This document shows positions 24,598-27,044 of a stretch of DNA of 27,044 bases, piece by piece. Below the pieces are notes generated by a model. It worked only from the letters and a program-made list of their open reading frames with translations, did not search any database and was not told where the DNA came from. This DNA is from Trichoplax sp. H2 (Eukaryota), in NCBI GenBank assembly GCA_003344405.1, contig NOWV01000189.1:124001-151044 (forward strand). Reading direction: 5' to 3'. The translations under genes were made by a program, and so were the position numbers. Numbering within the stretch: position 1 is the stretch's first letter; the number at the start of each line of letters is the position of its first letter.

Positions 24598-25410
24598 AGC
24601 TATCAAAAAACAAGAAATGATATCTTAATGGCTAAAATAGATATCCAGCAGTGTCATTACTAATAACTAGACAGCTGCTGCATATAATAATTAAATTTGC
24701 ATATAATTATTAGTTTTGCAGTCAAAATTTCAAGTTGGAAATTTACTAAAAGATCTGTAAGTGTACTTGCATATCGTTCCATCAAATATACATACTAAAT
24801 TTATGGGTACAGCTAGCAAAAATATCTCATTGGCTAACATAGATATCCAGCAGTGTCATTATGAATAATTACACAGCTGGTGCAATGAAATATTAGATTT
24901 GCAGCCAAAATTTTAAGTTGGAAATTTACAAAAGAGCTGTAAGTGTACTTGTATAACGTTCCATTAAATATATGTACTAAATTTTAGCATACGGTTTACT
25001 AACATAGTTAACCTGTAACATACTGTTGACTTACGAACTGTTTTGTTACTGCGGCATACCCTTGTTATGACACTAATAAATTACATAGTCAATATCCACA
25101 TAGAATTTGCCTAAATGACTTTCGGTATTGCAGTGGGCATCACTTTTACTCACTTTTAATGGAACTGACAATTGAAAATTTATGACTGAGGGGCCATAGC
25201 GATAGCTGCGCAAGATCATTTCTACATTTGAACCTGTTAGCGTATATTTAACGGAACGTTATGCAAGTACACTTACAGAAATTTTGGCTGCAAATCTATT
25301 AATTATATGCAAATCTAATAATTATATGGAGCAGCTGTGTAGTTATTAACAATGACGCTGCTGGATATCTATTTAGCCAATGAGATGTCATATCTTGTTT
25401 TTTGGTAACT
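24598..25410. repeat. Three copies of a ~175-205-bp unit: two tandem (24598-24802, 24811-24984) and one inverted (25236-25410); foldback/MITE-like
   Basis: Shared blocks ggctaa.atagatatccagcag.gtcatt, acagctg.tgca, tttgcag.caaaattt and ctgtaagtgtacttg.ata.cgttcc. The third copy reads as their reverse complement. Confidence 0.85.
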
Positions 25411-26067
25411 ACTGTATACCCAACCTTTTGATTTTCAGATAATAACAATGCCTTTGAAGGAAAGCCCTGCTTTCTTTCGTATTTACCTTTGGTCATATGT
25501 GATTGTTTTTATCTGCGATAGATTGCCGCTAACGCGAAGGTTAAATGCGTACAAATAGCAAAGACTACTGGATACTTTTCTAATACACATCAGAAAAGTA
25601 TCAAGTACCGTCCCTACACTTTGCATTTTTGTACAGCAGGGACAGGGACTATCGAATATCGCCCCTATACTTCGCATTTCTGTACCGTAACGTGTACGCT
25701 ATAGTTTACAGTACAGCTATTAACAATGATATGGATAGCTAGGATAGAGTTGAGAAAACAGTTTCCTAACTCTTCCCCTTCAAAAACAACATTCACAAAC
25801 ATTTATAAATAGTTCTTGGCAACAAGTTCCGTTGCAGATCGGCCGCGATCTGCTCAATTTAGCTTTAATAAAATCTTTTAACTGTCCGCAGCAACGGTCA
25901 TATTTTTGAGTAACCTTATTTACCCCCACATATTTCCGTTCATGTTTTTATCTTTCCCTGGCATCGTTATCCTTTCCCTCCAAATTCAAGGATAACTTCA
26001 AAATGGATCAAAAATTAGCGCATTATATAGAATTAAGGAACTATGTGCTATGTTATAAACTAATAAC

Positions 26068-26498
26068 CTGGTTCAGCAATAATTCTAACACCCAACTCCG
26101 GAGGGAAATATTTCTGTAATGCTTTACTAATAACTGCAGCTGCCTAAAATTTGGAAACACATATTTGTAAGTTAGAATTTCTCACATTGCAAAGTCAAAT
26201 AAAGAATCTGTTAATCGATGCTATATTAAATTTTGTATAATTAACTTTCGCAAAGGTCGTTTCTAGGGCTGAAAAAGCTGTAAAACCTCCGCCAATATCA
26301 AGTAAATTAAAATGGTAGCCAAATTTCTCCTGAAAATGGATTACATAAAAAAGGCAATAGGAAGCTATTAATATTATAGCATCAAAGTTACCTCATCTAA
26401 GAGATACTACTTAACTAACTAATTTAAATATTTGCTTAGACGTTATTATTCCTTTTTGATAGGCAATCGGAGTAAGGCAATCGCTTCCCACGTGAAAA
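26068..26498 (-). pseudogene. Fragment of the second ODC-family paralog (ODC-B): exons 26498-26420, 26329-26246, 26143-26068 (equivalent to ODC-A exons 9-11)
   Basis: FHVGSDCLTPIAYQK / EKFGYHFNLLDIGGGF / AAAVISKALQKYFPPELGVRIIAEP, with intron positions conserved and about 62/80 aa identical to ODC-A. The frames are open, but no exon 12-17 equivalents follow directly and the exon-8 equivalent looks degraded. Pseudogene status is inferred. Confidence 0.75.
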
Positions 26499-27044
26499 CT
26501 ACATTAAATAAAGTCTGGATTTAATGTTTCCCTTATCATAATAAAATAATTTATTTTTAACATGTAATGAAATGAAAAGTGTAGAGATCAAGCTACAAAA
26601 CTTTAGCAAACTTTGATTCTACTTTTGTTGCACTCCGGTCGACTTAACGAAACTTTGATACCAAATAAAATTTGGGGAAATAATCGAACAACAATTTATT
26701 ACAAAAAAAATGGAGAGAAGTATAAACCGAACAACCTTACAAATGCTTAAATTTAAGTATTAATAAAATAAGTGACAGGCTTAAAAACTGTCAATAGCCA
26801 AACAACCTTTCAAAAAGAAGAACGTTTTAACTTACGACAATTCGACCCCAAAGGCCTTTTAAATTCAACAAGTTCTTCAAAATAATCTTCTACTCTCCTC
26901 TTAAATATTCTAATTGCGCTATCATTTATAGGCTTCGTAGAGCCGTCAGAGGTATTTAAAACTAAATATTTACTAACCAATCGCTCTTAAGATCCATTTT
27001 AGAAAACTACTTTGCACCATTTAAGAAAACAAAAATCATTCAAA

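Noticed and set aside
24249..24600. Polyamine-sensing non-AUG upstream ORF ending in PPW, as known for some ODC/AZIN homologs
   Set aside because: No PPW-like ending was found in the part of the leader I could read, and the upstream exon could not be defined.
25834..25853. GC-rich hairpin GCAGATCG-GCCG-CGATCTGC as a Helitron 3' end
   Set aside because: No CTRR terminus at the expected distance on either strand and no other Helitron evidence.

Overview
AT-rich eukaryotic genomic DNA with short GT-AG introns and four 20-N assembly gaps. The compact style suggests an early-branching animal such as a placozoan; this is an inference, not shown by the sequence. Three spliced genes could be reconstructed by hand: (1) the 5' half of an ABCA-subfamily (ABCA3-like) transporter on the minus strand, running off the left edge; (2) a complete 28-exon CEP112/CCDC46 gene (~966 aa) on the plus strand; (3) a complete 17-exon ornithine-decarboxylase-family gene (ODC-A, ~432 aa) on the minus strand, convergent with CEP112. 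A second, diverged ODC paralog (ODC-B) appears in two collinear pieces 9.7 kb apart. Exons 9-11 lie at 26.1-26.5 kb, and an intact exon 14 at 16.2-16.4 kb is joined without a gap to a duplicated CEP112 exon, which suggests a nested segmental duplication partly collapsed by the assembly. The two ODC paralogs differ most strongly at the substrate-specificity helix. The window also has near-identical gap-flanking duplicates with large indels, a minisatellite, a tandem-plus-inverted ~200-bp repeat upstream of ODC-A, decayed coding-like sequence, and a possible cryptic exon with a 17-aa repeat. No rRNA, tRNA or CRISPR array was seen.
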